Shown: one piece after another, positions 31,279 through 41,184 of the stretch
Numbering within the stretch: position 1 is the stretch's first letter
Layout of the letters: the number at the start of each line of letters is the position of its first letter
DNA from: Alphaproteobacteria bacterium
GTDB taxonomy: Bacteria > Pseudomonadota > Alphaproteobacteria > UBA828
NCBI GenBank assembly: GCA_963422645.2
Contig: CAXXVO010000006.1
Location: 64,001 to 128,000 of the forward strand
Length of the DNA: 64,000 nt
Reading direction: 5' to 3'
Translations under genes and position numbers: made by a program
The notes under the pieces: generated by a model
Databases searched by the model: none
Seen by the model: only the letters and a program-made list of their open reading frames with translations
Told to the model about the DNA's origin: nothing

Positions 31279-32218
31279 GTGGCTACCGACCGTCAGCGCG
31301 AGCGCAGGCTCAAGGGCGAGCGATCCCGCCGCGCCCGCGCCCTGCCCCGCATCCAGAAGGACACCGCCGCCGAGGTCGGCCGCATCCTCGGGCGCGCCGA
31401 GCGCGACATCCGGGCCACCCTCGCCGGCGCGCCCTCCGATTACCAGGCATGGGCGCTGCCATCCCTCCAGGCCTCCGTCCGGGACGCCCTCGACAGCCTC
31501 GGCGCAGACGCCGGGCAGGCCATGGCCGAGGGCGCAACCCGCGCCTGGGACGCCGGCATCGATACCATGGACGCCCCCGTCGACGCCGCCATGCGCCTCG
31601 ATGCCCCCGACTTCCGCATCGCCGCCGTCCTGCCCGAGGTCGACACCCGCCAGCTCCTCGCCATGCGATCCTTCCTCACCGACAGGATGAAGGACGTCTC
31701 CACGACGCTTGCCGAGCGCGTCAATACCGAACTCGGCCTCGCCATTGACCGGCTCGGTCCCCGTCGGCGAGACCACCGGCCGCGTCGCCGCCATCCTCAA
31801 GAGCGGCGGCAGGTCCCGCGCCCTGACAATCGTGCGGACCGAGCTCGGCCGCGCATACTCCATGGCCGGACAGCAGCGCATGGAGCAGGCCGCCGGGATC
31901 CTGCCGGGGCTGAGGAAGCAGTGGCGACGCTCCGGAAAGCTCAGAAGCCGCATCGCCCACGACGCCGTCGACGGACAGACCAGGGAAGCCGCCAGGCCCT
32001 TCGACGTCGGCGGCGCTTCGCTCATGTACCCCCGCGATCCCGCCGGACCCGCCGCCGAGACGATCAACTGCGGATGCCAGTCGCTGCCATGGATGGAAAG
32101 CTGGGAGGTCGAGAACCCCGGGCGAAAGCCGTTCTCCGACGAGGAGATCGCACGCGACCCGCGGCGCGCCGATCTCGAAGGGAAGGAGGCCGGCGCGGGG
32201 ACAACGCCGGCATCGTAG
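31279..32218 (+). CDS. Phage minor head / Mu gp30(F)-like morphogenesis protein (apparent +1 frameshift near 31745)
   Basis: RALTIVRTELGRAY...KQW...RIAHDAVDGQ...PF...LMYPRDP.GPAAETINCGC. Confidence 0.8.
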
Positions 32219-32361
32219 ACCGGGCGAGGCGAAGCCCCGCGCCGCACCCCGATTTACCGGCGAATCCGCACCCCCGGAACCGCCCCGATTTACAGGCCTT
32301 TCAGCACCCCTGAAACGCCCCGAAAATCACCGTTTCCAGCCAATTCACGGCCCTTTCCGGG

Positions 32362-32488
32362 CCGGATTCGCAAAGACTTTCGTCCGGCCCGCCAGACCCC
32401 GGAAACGCCGCCAACCCCTTGACCGTCCGCCATCTTCCGCCTTCTTCCCGGCATCTTCCGGATTCGCAATGACTTTCGTCCCCCTACA
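32362..32488 (+). repeat. Putative transposable-phage right end: two 24-bp direct repeats and terminal ACA
   Basis: CCGGATTCGCAA(A/T)GACTTTCGTCC at 32362-32385 and 32458-32481 (23/24), then CCCTACA abutting IS-A sequence. Confidence 0.65.
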
Positions 32489-32510
32489 CCAATTGCACGG
32501 GGTCTCAACC

Positions 32511-34868
32511 ATGCCCAGTACCCTCCCAATGTGCCCTCCAGAGGCGGTCTCGATCGGCAACAGCTGCTTCGCCGTCCTGATCTCGGACGACACCTTCACC
32601 TACTTTTCCAACCTCATTCCCTTTGACAGCCACGCCGCCGATGACCGCACGGCCATGCTCTTGCGGATCGGCCGCCTCGCGGCGATCAGCGCGGTCTCGC
32701 CGCAGGAACTGGCTGACGCTTTCGCTGTCTCGCGCGCGACGGTGCAGCGCGCACGACGGCGCTACCTGGCCGAGGGCGAAGCGGGGTTCATGAAGCCCCG
32801 GCGCGGTCGCGGGCCGTCGGTGTTCACTCCGGAGTTGGCGGAGAAGGCGACGGCGTTGCTGGCATCGGGCCTGAGCGGCTCTGCGGCGGCCCGGGTTCTC
32901 GGCGTGTCAGCGCCATCGGTCAACAAGTGGCGCCGTCAGGGACTGATCGGCAACACGGAGGCGGATGGGGAGCCCGGACGCTCAGCGCTGGCTGCGCCGC
33001 CTGACGCGGGTGCGGCTCCTGAAGGCCGTGTCGATGAAGAGAGTACCGGTGCCCCGGGGCCGGAGACGGCGCCGGGGCTGGAAGCGCAGCCGCAAACGGA
33101 TCGCAGCGCGCGCGATCGGCGGGACCGGCAGGCGCCGATGGGGCGTGCGACTTGCGATGTTCCGGCTCGGGTTCTGGCCAGTTGTGGACAGGCGGGGCCG
33201 GTCGAACCGCAGTTCGCCGCCGCCGCCCGCGGTGTCCGCTTCGGCGGCGTGCTCGCCGCCCTGCCGGCCCTGCTGAAGGAAGGTCTTCTCTCCGAGACCG
33301 GTCTCCTGCCATTGCTGCCGAAGGGCTATTACGGCTTGCCTACGATCCTGCTCTTCCTGGCCTTCATGACCTTGGCGCGGGTGCGCAACCCCGAGAGCCT
33401 GCGCTACCAGGCGCCGGGCGAATGGGGCGCCATTCTCGGCCTCGATCGCTGCCCCGAGGTCAAGACGCTGCGCCGCAAGATCGCTCTCATCGCCGACGAC
33501 GAGGCCGGCGTGCGGGCGTGGCAGCTCGCCCTTGCCAGGCGCTGGCAGGCCGACGAGCCGGAGCTCTGGGCGACGCTGGCCATCGACGGGCACGTCAAGG
33601 TCTACTCCGGCCGCAAGGGGCGCTTGCCCAAGCACTTCGTCTCGCGCGAGAAGCTGTGCCTGCCGGCGAGCGCCAGCTACTGGATCAACGCTCTGGGCGG
33701 CAAGCCGCTGCTCTGTCTGCACAAGCCGCTGGACCCGAAGATGGTCGCGGCCATCGAAGCCGACGTGGTGCCGGCGCTGCAGGAGCTTGGGATCGTTGGC
33801 GCCGGGGCGCCGGACCTGACCGCCGAGCATCCCGGCCAGCCGGCGCTCACCCTGGTCTTCGACCGCGAGGGCTGGAGCCCGGATCTGTTCCGCCGGCTGG
33901 CGAGGCGCGGCGTCGCCTGCCTGACCTGGCACAAGAACTTCAGGGGCGAGGACTGGCCGGCCGAGGACTTCGGCGCGATGACCGTTCCCATTCACGGACC
34001 GGCGGCGGACGGCAGCGCCACCATGCGGCTGGCTGAGAAGCCGGTGACGTTGCCGAACGGCTTCAGGGTGCGCCAGATCCGCCGCCTGCTCGACAACGGC
34101 CGTCAGGTGCCGCTGATCACCACCGATCCGCACAAGCCGATGGCTGAGGTTGCGGGCGCCATGTTCTCGCGCTGGTCGCAGGAGAACTTCTTCAAGTACA
34201 TGCGTGACGAGTTCAATCTCGACGCCCTGCCGACCCACGAGCTCGAGCCTCTCGATCCCGCCGCCATGGTCGTCAACCCGCTGCGGCGGGCCTATGACAA
34301 GGCAATCCATCGCCTCGACCGCCAGCTTGGCCGCCTGCGCAACCGCATCGCCGACACGGCCCGGAAGAAGCAGCCGACGGCGGAACTCAGGAGGGAAGTC
34401 AGGGACCTCCAGGATGTCCGCGACATCGTCAGGGCCAGCCGCAGGGAGACGCCCAAGCACTGCCGGGCCGGCGACCTCGACGAAGCCGAGCAGCTCGATG
34501 CCTTGCCCGCGCGCGAGCGCCTCCTCCTCGACGTCATCCGGATGATCGCCTACCGCGCCGAAACCCGCATGATGCTTCCCGTCATGCAGGCGCAGGGCCA
34601 CAAGCCCCATCCCCGGAAACTGCTTCAAGCGCTGCTCACCGCCGATGCCGACATCCTGCCGGATCCTGGCAATGGCCTCCTGCGGGTCCACATTCTTGGC
34701 CTCGCAAACGACGCCTGCGACCGTTGGATCGATGCGGTTCTGAGCGACCTGAACGCCACCGAAACGGTCTTCCCCGGCACCCGTCTGCGCATAGTCTACG
34801 ACATCGACGGGGCCTCGGAATCCGCGCGGCTCGTGTCACCTAAAATCAGCAGAGGTCAGGAAGTCTGA
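32511..34868 (+). CDS. IS-A transposase, 785 aa (copy 3)
   Basis: Translation identical to copies 1 and 2 from ATG 32511. Confidence 0.9.
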   Translation: MPSTLPMCPPEAVSIGNSCFAVLISDDTFTYFSNLIPFDSHAADDRTAMLLRIGRLAAISAVSPQELADAFAVSRATVQRARRRYLAEGEAGFMKPRRGRGPSVFTPELAEKATALLASGLSGSAAARVLGVSAPSVNKWRRQGLIGNTEADGEPGRSALAAPPDAGAAPEGRVDEESTGAPGPETAPGLEAQPQTDRSARDRRDRQAPMGRATCDVPARVLASCGQAGPVEPQFAAAARGVRFGGVLAALPALLKEGLLSETGLLPLLPKGYYGLPTILLFLAFMTLARVRNPESLRYQAPGEWGAILGLDRCPEVKTLRRKIALIADDEAGVRAWQLALARRWQADEPELWATLAIDGHVKVYSGRKGRLPKHFVSREKLCLPASASYWINALGGKPLLCLHKPLDPKMVAAIEADVVPALQELGIVGAGAPDLTAEHPGQPALTLVFDREGWSPDLFRRLARRGVACLTWHKNFRGEDWPAEDFGAMTVPIHGPAADGSATMRLAEKPVTLPNGFRVRQIRRLLDNGRQVPLITTDPHKPMAEVAGAMFSRWSQENFFKYMRDEFNLDALPTHELEPLDPAAMVVNPLRRAYDKAIHRLDRQLGRLRNRIADTARKKQPTAELRREVRDLQDVRDIVRASRRETPKHCRAGDLDEAEQLDALPARERLLLDVIRMIAYRAETRMMLPVMQAQGHKPHPRKLLQALLTADADILPDPGNGLLRVHILGLANDACDRWIDAVLSDLNATETVFPGTRLRIVYDIDGASESARLVSPKISRGQEV

Positions 34869-34871
34869 ACA

Positions 34872-35362
34872 TATTGATCGAGCTCGACGGGCGGCCGGCA
34901 CTGGACGTCTTCAAGGGGGAGATCGGCGAGGAGCTCGCCAGCGATCTCCGCCGGGTCGGCGGCCTCATCTTCGCTTCGCTCCCGGTCTCGGGCAGCGACA
35001 CCGGCGACTACCTGGTGCGCAACATCGTGGGCTTCGACGTCGACCGCGGTCTGATCGGCATCGGCGAGCTGGTGGAGCGCGGCACCCAGCTGCAGTTCTG
35101 CCGCCGCGATGCGGCTGCCGCAGAGCACGACCTCGGCCGCATGGTGGAGTCGGTGAAGCGCCGGGCCGGCGCCGAGCCGCGCGGCGCCCTCTATTTCACC
35201 TGCCTCGCCCGCGGCCCCAACATGTTCGGCGAAGCCTCCGAGGAGCTGCGGCTGATCGAACGCACTCTCGGTGACGTGCCCTTGGTGGGCTTCTTCTGCA
35301 ACGGCGAGATTTCGCACAACCGGCTCTACGGCTACACAGGCGTCCTGACCCTCTTCCCATAG
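34872..35362 (+). pseudogene. FIST protein, 3' part
   Basis: YLVRNIVGFD, YFTCLARG, GFFCNGEI..LYGYTGV FIST-C motifs. Confidence 0.88.
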
Positions 35363-35371
35363 GTCGGCCGG

Positions 35372-36391
35372 CTACGCCCTGAGATACGCCTCCGCCAGCC
35401 TGCACGCGAGTTGGGCAACTTCGGGCGCGAGGGCCTGCGCGCTGGCGGTCTCGGACCGCGTATGAACCCAGCCCAGATAGCTGAAGGCGCGCGCGAGCTC
35501 GAAGAGCGGCATATGGGCGAGCTCTTCGTCCGGCAGGTCGCGCTCGCTGAGGTAGCCTTCGACGACGCCGGCACGGATCTCCTCAGCGATCTCGCTGCCG
35601 TGATAGATCGTCCAGACCGTCGCCAGGTCGAAGAGATGCCAGCCGAAACCGCAATCGTCGAAGTCGAGGGGGATCACCCGGTCGCCGTCGAGCAGCATGT
35701 TGTCGAGGTTGAAGTCGGCGTGGATCAGCCCGTATTGCCGCGGTGAGCGGCCGTAGGCCGTCAGCGCCTCGTCGACGCTGGCGCGCGCGCGATCGATCAG
35801 GCGGCGCTCCTCGGTGTCGAGCACGGCGGCTTCCCAGAACCGACCCCAGAGAGGTTCCGGGCCTACGAGCCCCTCGCGGTCCCAGGCATGGCGGGTGAAA
35901 GCGGCGGGCAGGGTCCACGCCTCGGTCTGGTTGTGAAGACGGGCGCAAAGCCGGCCGACCCCGACGAAGACCGCGTGCACGTCATGGATTGCCGGGTTCA
36001 GGCCTTCCTCCAGGGTACCGATGGGGATACCCGGCATCCAGGTCAGCATGTCCACCTGGCGCGGTTCCGGCACGCCTGCGCTCTGCACTGTCTCGAAGCG
36101 CTCGCCGGCGGCGCTCAGGATCACCGCCGCCACGTCGATGCCCTCGGCGTGCAGCGCCTCCATCCAGGCAAGCTCGGAGCGGAGCGCCGCATCGCTATGG
36201 TAGCCGTGGCGGTGAATGCGGAGCACCGCGGGGCTTCCGTCCGCTGCGACCACCCGGAAGACCGCATTCTCGCGATACTTGACGATCTCGGGCTCGTAAT
36301 CCTCCACGCCCCAGCGCAGCAGCGCGTCTCTTGCAAGCGCGCGCAGGCGCTCGGCCCGCTCATGGAGCGGCAGGCGATAGAAATCGGTCAT
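35372..36391 (-). CDS. APH-family phosphotransferase (hydroxylysine/homoserine kinase type II-like)
   Basis: RENAVF, LIHADFNLDNML, LDFDDCG. Confidence 0.85.
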   Translation of the reverse strand: MTDFYRLPLHERAERLRALARDALLRWGVEDYEPEIVKYRENAVFRVVAADGSPAVLRIHRHGYHSDAALRSELAWMEALHAEGIDVAAVILSAAGERFETVQSAGVPEPRQVDMLTWMPGIPIGTLEEGLNPAIHDVHAVFVGVGRLCARLHNQTEAWTLPAAFTRHAWDREGLVGPEPLWGRFWEAAVLDTEERRLIDRARASVDEALTAYGRSPRQYGLIHADFNLDNMLLDGDRVIPLDFDDCGFGWHLFDLATVWTIYHGSEIAEEIRAGVVEGYLSERDLPDEELAHMPLFELARAFSYLGWVHTRSETASAQALAPEVAQLACRLAEAYLRA

Positions 36392-36401
36392 GGGCGCCCT
36401 G

Positions 36402-37658
36402 TTACGCGAGCGAATCGAGGGTCTCGTCAAGGGCTGCGAGAAGCTGATCCGCATCCGCCGCGGAGAAGGGCATGGGCGGGCGTATCTTGAGCACATGGTC
36501 GTGCCGCCCGGTGCGGCTGATCAGCACGCCCCGCTCGCGCATCTCGTTCACGGCGGCCTTGGTCAGCTCCGGCGCCGGCGTTTCTCGATCTCCGTCGGCG
36601 AAGAAGGGAACGCCTGTGAAGAAGCCCCGCCCGCGCGGTGCGCCGATCACGGCGTGCTTGTTGCCGAGAGCGAGCAGCCCCTCCTGTAGATGCTGGCCGA
36701 CCTTGCGCGCATTCTCCATCAGGCCTTCCTGCTCGATCACTTCAAGCACCGCGTGCCCCACCGCGCAGGAAACTGGATTGCCGCCGAAAGTGTTGAAATA
36801 CATTGCTTTCTCCGCAAAACCGTCGATCAACGCCGGCTGGGCGACGACGGCGGCCAAGGGATGGCCGTTGCCGAGCGGCTTGCCCAGGGTCACGAGGTCC
36901 GGCACGGCGTCGTAGAGCTGATGCCCCCACATGCCCGCTCCGGTACGACCGAGGCCCGGCTGGACCTCGTCCGCGATGTAGAGCCCGCCGGCTTCGCGGG
37001 TAAGGGCGACAGCCTGCTCCACGTAACCCTCGGGCACCGCCGGCATACCCTCGGTCGCGAATATCGTGTCGAAGAAGATCGCTGCAGGCTTCATGCCGGC
37101 CTCGGCCATCGAGGCGATGGCGGCCTCCACCTCGGCCGCCGCCTCGGCCGGGTCATCATCGGCCTCAGGCACCCTGATCGTGCGCACCCTGGGGTCGATC
37201 CCCTCGGGCATCTCGAACGCGGTGCAAAGCCCGGCAACCACGGCGGAGTTCCCGTGGTAGCAGAAGTCGGTGACGATGACGCCTTCGTTGCCCGTGCAGG
37301 CGCGGGCGATTCTGAGCGCGAGCTCGCTGGCCTCGGTGCCCGCGCAGACCAGCGAGACGCGGGAGAGCTCGTCCGCAAAGGTTGCCGTCAGGGCCTCGCC
37401 GTAGTCGAGGATGCGCTCGTCCAGATAGCGGGTGGAGAGATTGAGCCGACCGGCCTGGTCCGCCAGTGCCTGCACCACATGGGGATGGCAATGGCCGACG
37501 TGGGGCACGTTGTTGTAGGCGTCGAGATAGACGCGCCCGTCGCTGTCCCAGACCCGGGCCCCCTCCCCCTTCACCAGGTGCAGCGGCCGGTCGTAGAAGA
37601 GCGGCGCGCCGGCACCGAGCAGCCGATGCCGGCGTTCAAGTAGCGTGTCGTCAGACAT
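36402..37658 (-). CDS. Class III aminotransferase-fold protein, AGXT2L/phospho-lyase-like
   Basis: YLDAYNNVPHVGHCHP, IADEVQPGLGRTG, TLGKPLGNGHP, LKIRPPM. Confidence 0.85.
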   Translation of the reverse strand: MSDDTLLERRHRLLGAGAPLFYDRPLHLVKGEGARVWDSDGRVYLDAYNNVPHVGHCHPHVVQALADQAGRLNLSTRYLDERILDYGEALTATFADELSRVSLVCAGTEASELALRIARACTGNEGVIVTDFCYHGNSAVVAGLCTAFEMPEGIDPRVRTIRVPEADDDPAEAAAEVEAAIASMAEAGMKPAAIFFDTIFATEGMPAVPEGYVEQAVALTREAGGLYIADEVQPGLGRTGAGMWGHQLYDAVPDLVTLGKPLGNGHPLAAVVAQPALIDGFAEKAMYFNTFGGNPVSCAVGHAVLEVIEQEGLMENARKVGQHLQEGLLALGNKHAVIGAPRGRGFFTGVPFFADGDRETPAPELTKAAVNEMRERGVLISRTGRHDHVLKIRPPMPFSAADADQLLAALDETLDSLA

Positions 37659-37756
37659 GGTCGGGATCCTCACGTGACGGCCGGTGGAGCCTCGGCCGCT
37701 CTTCGATGGGACGGTTCACCTTTACCCGCGGGCACGGGCCGGGCTAGAGACATGCG

Positions 37757-38524
37757 ATGAGCATTACGGTCACGGCGCGCGGCGTGGTCAAGGCGTTCGA
37801 CGGCAGGCCGGTGCTGCGCGGGGTCGATCTCGACGTTCCGGAAGGGCGCTCGACCGTGCTGGTCGGTGCCTCGTCGAGCGGCAAGTCTGTGTTGCTGAAG
37901 TGCCTGCTCGGGCTGATGCCGATGGATGGCGGCTCCGTGCGCTACGGCGACACCGATCTCGCGACTCTCGACAAGAGTGAGCTGGAGCGCCTGATGCGCG
38001 ACGTGGGCGTTCTGTTTCAGCAGAACGCCCTCTTCGACAGCCTCACCGTGTGGGAGAACGTGGCCTTCACCCTGATACACGGCCAGGGGATGGCCCGCCG
38101 GGCCGCCAGGCAGCGGGCGCTGGAGACCATCGCTTCGGTAGGCCTGAAGCCGGAGGTCGCCGAGCTTTCGCCGGCCGAGCTTTCCGGCGGCATGCAGAAG
38201 CGCGTCGCGGTGGGCCGCGCGATCGCCGCCGAACCCCGCTTCCTCGTGCTCGACGATCCGACCGCCGGTCTCGACCCGATCCTGACCGGAACGATCGTCT
38301 CGCTCATTCGGGGCGCCATCGAACGAAGCGGCGCGACCGCGCTCACGGTCACGAGCGACATGAGCGTCGCGCGGGAGAGCTTCGACCGGCTCGCCATGCT
38401 GCATAACGGCGCCATCGTCTGGCAGGGCGAGGCCGCCGAGAGCGACGAGAGCGGCAGCGCCCACCTGGATCAACTGATCAACCAGCGCGCGGACGGCCCG
38501 ATCCGGATGCGCATCACCGCCTGA
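37757..38524 (+). CDS. MlaF/Mkl-like ABC ATP-binding protein with degenerate catalytic motifs
   Basis: FQQNALFDSLTVWENV, LSGGMQKRVA; Walker B LDDP; H-loop VTSD. Confidence 0.8.
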   Translation: MSITVTARGVVKAFDGRPVLRGVDLDVPEGRSTVLVGASSSGKSVLLKCLLGLMPMDGGSVRYGDTDLATLDKSELERLMRDVGVLFQQNALFDSLTVWENVAFTLIHGQGMARRAARQRALETIASVGLKPEVAELSPAELSGGMQKRVAVGRAIAAEPRFLVLDDPTAGLDPILTGTIVSLIRGAIERSGATALTVTSDMSVARESFDRLAMLHNGAIVWQGEAAESDESGSAHLDQLINQRADGPIRMRITA

Positions 38525-38569
38525 GCGCGCGGCACCTGCGGTCAAGCGGCCAGGGGATGGCCCGCCGCG

Positions 38570-39970
38570 TCAGCGGATCAGCAGGAAGAGCGCCCCCTCG
38601 CCTCGCCTGACGTTCAGCAGGATGGGAAGGCCGGTCTCCTCCACCACCGCCACGATCTCGTCGGGCTCGCGCACTTCGCGCCGGTTGACCTGGACGATGA
38701 CATCGTCCGCACGCAGGCCGGCCTCCCAGGCCGGCGTGCCTTCCTCGACCTCGATGACCAGCACCCCCTCCACCTCTTCGTAGAGCGGCGACGAGGGGTC
38801 GATCGGACCGAGCACGACGCCCTTCAACTCCGGTACTTGGCTGCCAGGGCCGAGGGCGACCTTTCCAGCCTCGCCGACCGCAAGATCGATGGTCATGGAT
38901 TCGCCGTCTCGCACGAGGGTCAGCTGAACCGCATCGCCCACCCGCAGCATGCCGACCTTGTTGCGCAGATCGGCAGAGCCCGTGACGGGATCGCCGTTCA
39001 TCTCGACGACCACGTCACCACGCTGAATCCCGGCCGTCTCCGCCGGCGTGTCGGGTAACACCTGGGCGACCAGAGCGCCCTTCTGATAGGTGGTCCCGAG
39101 CGCCTCGGCGATTTCGGGAGTGAGGTCCTGAATCTGCACGCCGATGCGGCCGCGCTGGATCTCGCCGTGGGTCAGCAGCTGGTCCATGACCTGACGCGCC
39201 ATATTGATCGGGATGGCGAAGCCGATACCGATATTGCCGCCGCCCCCGGTGAAAATTGCGGTGTTGATGCCGACGAGCTCGCCCTTGAGGTTGATGAGCG
39301 CACCGCCCGAGTTGCCGACATTGATGGCAGCGTCGGTCTGAATGAAGTCCTGGTAGGAATCGGGGCCGAGGCGAAGGCCGGAGCGGCCGATGGCGCTCAC
39401 GATTCCGGCGGTGACGGTCTGGCCGAGGCCGAAGGGGTTGCCGATGGCGACGACGTAGTCGCCGACCTGCAAGCCGTCCGAGTTCGCAAGCGGCATGGCA
39501 GAAAGCAAATCGGCATCGATCTTGAGCAACGCGACATCCGTCTCCGGGTCGGCGCCCACCAGCTCGGCCTTGAACACGCGGCGGTCGGTCAGCGTGACGG
39601 TAATCTCATCCCCGACTTCGACGACGTGATTGTTGGTGAGCAGGTAGCCGTTCTCCGAATCCACGATCACGCCGGAGCCCAGTGCGCTGGGCCGCCGCAT
39701 CTGCGGGCGCCGGCGCTCGAATTCGCGATCGCCGAAGAATTCCTTGAAGAAGGGATGATCGAAGAAGGGATGCGGCTGCTGCGGCTGCGACTCTGTCTGC
39801 TTCGGCGTGCCCGTGACCTGGATATTGACCACCGCGGGCCCGATCTCCTTCACCAGCGGCGCGAGCGAGGGCATCTCTTCAGCCGCCACGTGCGCGTGTG
39901 CCGGCGGGGCCGCGATGACAAGGGTCAGCGCGAGCAGAAAGGGCGTGAGCAAGGGCAGCAGGAAGCGCAT
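38570..39970 (-). CDS. DegP/DegQ (Do) serine protease with two PDZ domains
   Basis: Signal peptide; TNNHVV, TDVAL, GNSGGAL triad. Confidence 0.93.
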   Translation of the reverse strand: MRFLLPLLTPFLLALTLVIAAPPAHAHVAAEEMPSLAPLVKEIGPAVVNIQVTGTPKQTESQPQQPHPFFDHPFFKEFFGDREFERRRPQMRRPSALGSGVIVDSENGYLLTNNHVVEVGDEITVTLTDRRVFKAELVGADPETDVALLKIDADLLSAMPLANSDGLQVGDYVVAIGNPFGLGQTVTAGIVSAIGRSGLRLGPDSYQDFIQTDAAINVGNSGGALINLKGELVGINTAIFTGGGGNIGIGFAIPINMARQVMDQLLTHGEIQRGRIGVQIQDLTPEIAEALGTTYQKGALVAQVLPDTPAETAGIQRGDVVVEMNGDPVTGSADLRNKVGMLRVGDAVQLTLVRDGESMTIDLAVGEAGKVALGPGSQVPELKGVVLGPIDPSSPLYEEVEGVLVIEVEEGTPAWEAGLRADDVIVQVNRREVREPDEIVAVVEETGLPILLNVRRGEGALFLLIR

Positions 39971-40069
39971 CGATTCCTCCCTTGAATCGTTAGACCCCAA
40001 TGTGGCGATTATCTGGCGCAGGTCCAGCCCCAAAGAGCCGCAAAATTCGCGCCGAAGCGAAATCGCCGA

Positions 40070-41120
40070 ACCGCTTATGCACATGGCTCCGGTCGCGAGA
40101 GTTTGCCACCAGATGTTGAGGTTGAGGTTAGGGCGGGAGAACGGGTAGAATGTTGCCTATACGTTCCTGCCGACGGAGCCACCACATGAAACAGGTCGCC
40201 GACAGCCTCCTCGCCTTCCAGCACATGTTCCCGGACGATGACGCCTGCGCCGCCTGGCTGATCGAAATGCGCTGGCCGGACGGCTTCGTCTGTCCCGCGT
40301 GCGGCCATGAAAAGGGATGGGCGCTGCGCAGAAAAGCACACACCTTCGAGTGCGCCGGCTGCCGCCGGCAGACCTCGGTGACGGCCGGGACGATCCTGCA
40401 CGCCAGCAAGCTGCCGCTCACCGTCTGGTTCTGGGCCGCCTACCTGATGGCGACCCACTCCAACGGCATCTCTGCCCTGCAGCTCCAGAAACAGCTCGGT
40501 ATCGGCTCTTACCGCAGCGCTTGGCTGCTCGCCCACAAGCTGCGCGCCAGCATGGTCGACCCCGAGCGCAACCCGTTGTCGGGCCTGGTGGAAATCGACG
40601 AGGCCAGCCTTCCATTCCGGACCAAAGACGATCCTCCCACCGGAGGGCAAGGACGCAGCCACGACGGCAAGATGCTCATCGTCGGCGCCATCGAACTGGG
40701 GGATGGAACCATCCCGGGCCGCCTGCGGCTGGCCGAAATCTCCTCCTACGGCGCCGCCGACCTCGGACACTTCGTCGAAACCGCCGCCGATCCCGACGCC
40801 ATCGCGAAAACCGACGGCTGGTCCGGCTACGCTGCGGTCCCCGCCGATCGCCACAATGTCCATGTCGTCGGGAAGACCGCCGCTCACCTCGTCCTGCCGT
40901 GGATCCACCAAGTCTTCTCCAACCTCAAAGGATGGGCGCGAGGCGTCTACCACGGGCTGCGCCGCAAGCATCTGCAGGCCTATCTCGATGAGTTCGCCTT
41001 TCGCTTCAACCGCCGCAAAACCCGCCACGCTGCTTTCCGCTCGCTCTTCCGCATCGCCACCAATGCAAAACCCCTTACCTACAGCATGTTGATCGAACCG
41101 GAGCCATGTGCATAAGCGGT
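40070..41120 (+). mobile_element. IS1595-family element (ISSod11-like group)
   Basis: Perfect 24-bp IR ACCGCTTATGCACATGGCTCCGGT; 8-bp TSD ATCGCCGA (40062-40069 / 41121-41128). Confidence 0.93.
40186..41115 (+). CDS. IS1595 transposase
   Basis: Zn ribbon CPAC..CAGC, VEIDE, TDG, WIH..FSNLK, YLDEFAFRFNRR. Confidence 0.93.
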   Translation: MKQVADSLLAFQHMFPDDDACAAWLIEMRWPDGFVCPACGHEKGWALRRKAHTFECAGCRRQTSVTAGTILHASKLPLTVWFWAAYLMATHSNGISALQLQKQLGIGSYRSAWLLAHKLRASMVDPERNPLSGLVEIDEASLPFRTKDDPPTGGQGRSHDGKMLIVGAIELGDGTIPGRLRLAEISSYGAADLGHFVETAADPDAIAKTDGWSGYAAVPADRHNVHVVGKTAAHLVLPWIHQVFSNLKGWARGVYHGLRRKHLQAYLDEFAFRFNRRKTRHAAFRSLFRIATNAKPLTYSMLIEPEPCA

Positions 41121-41184
41121 ATCGCCGATAACGCCGCGCCCCGCGCGGAGCCGTGCTACGTTCGGGGCAACAGGAGGTCAGGCC

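Larger units (their letters stand above)
28112..34868 (+). mobile_element. Composite element: IS-A ends enclosing IS21 and a Mu-like prophage fragment
   Basis: IS-A IRs at 28112 and 34868; 3-bp duplication ACA (28109-28111 / 34869-34871). Confidence 0.88.

Noticed and set aside
32469-32510. 14-aa N-terminal extension of the copy 3 transposase (799 aa)
   Set aside because: ATG lies in the phage-end repeat and is in frame only because of a suspect GG insertion.
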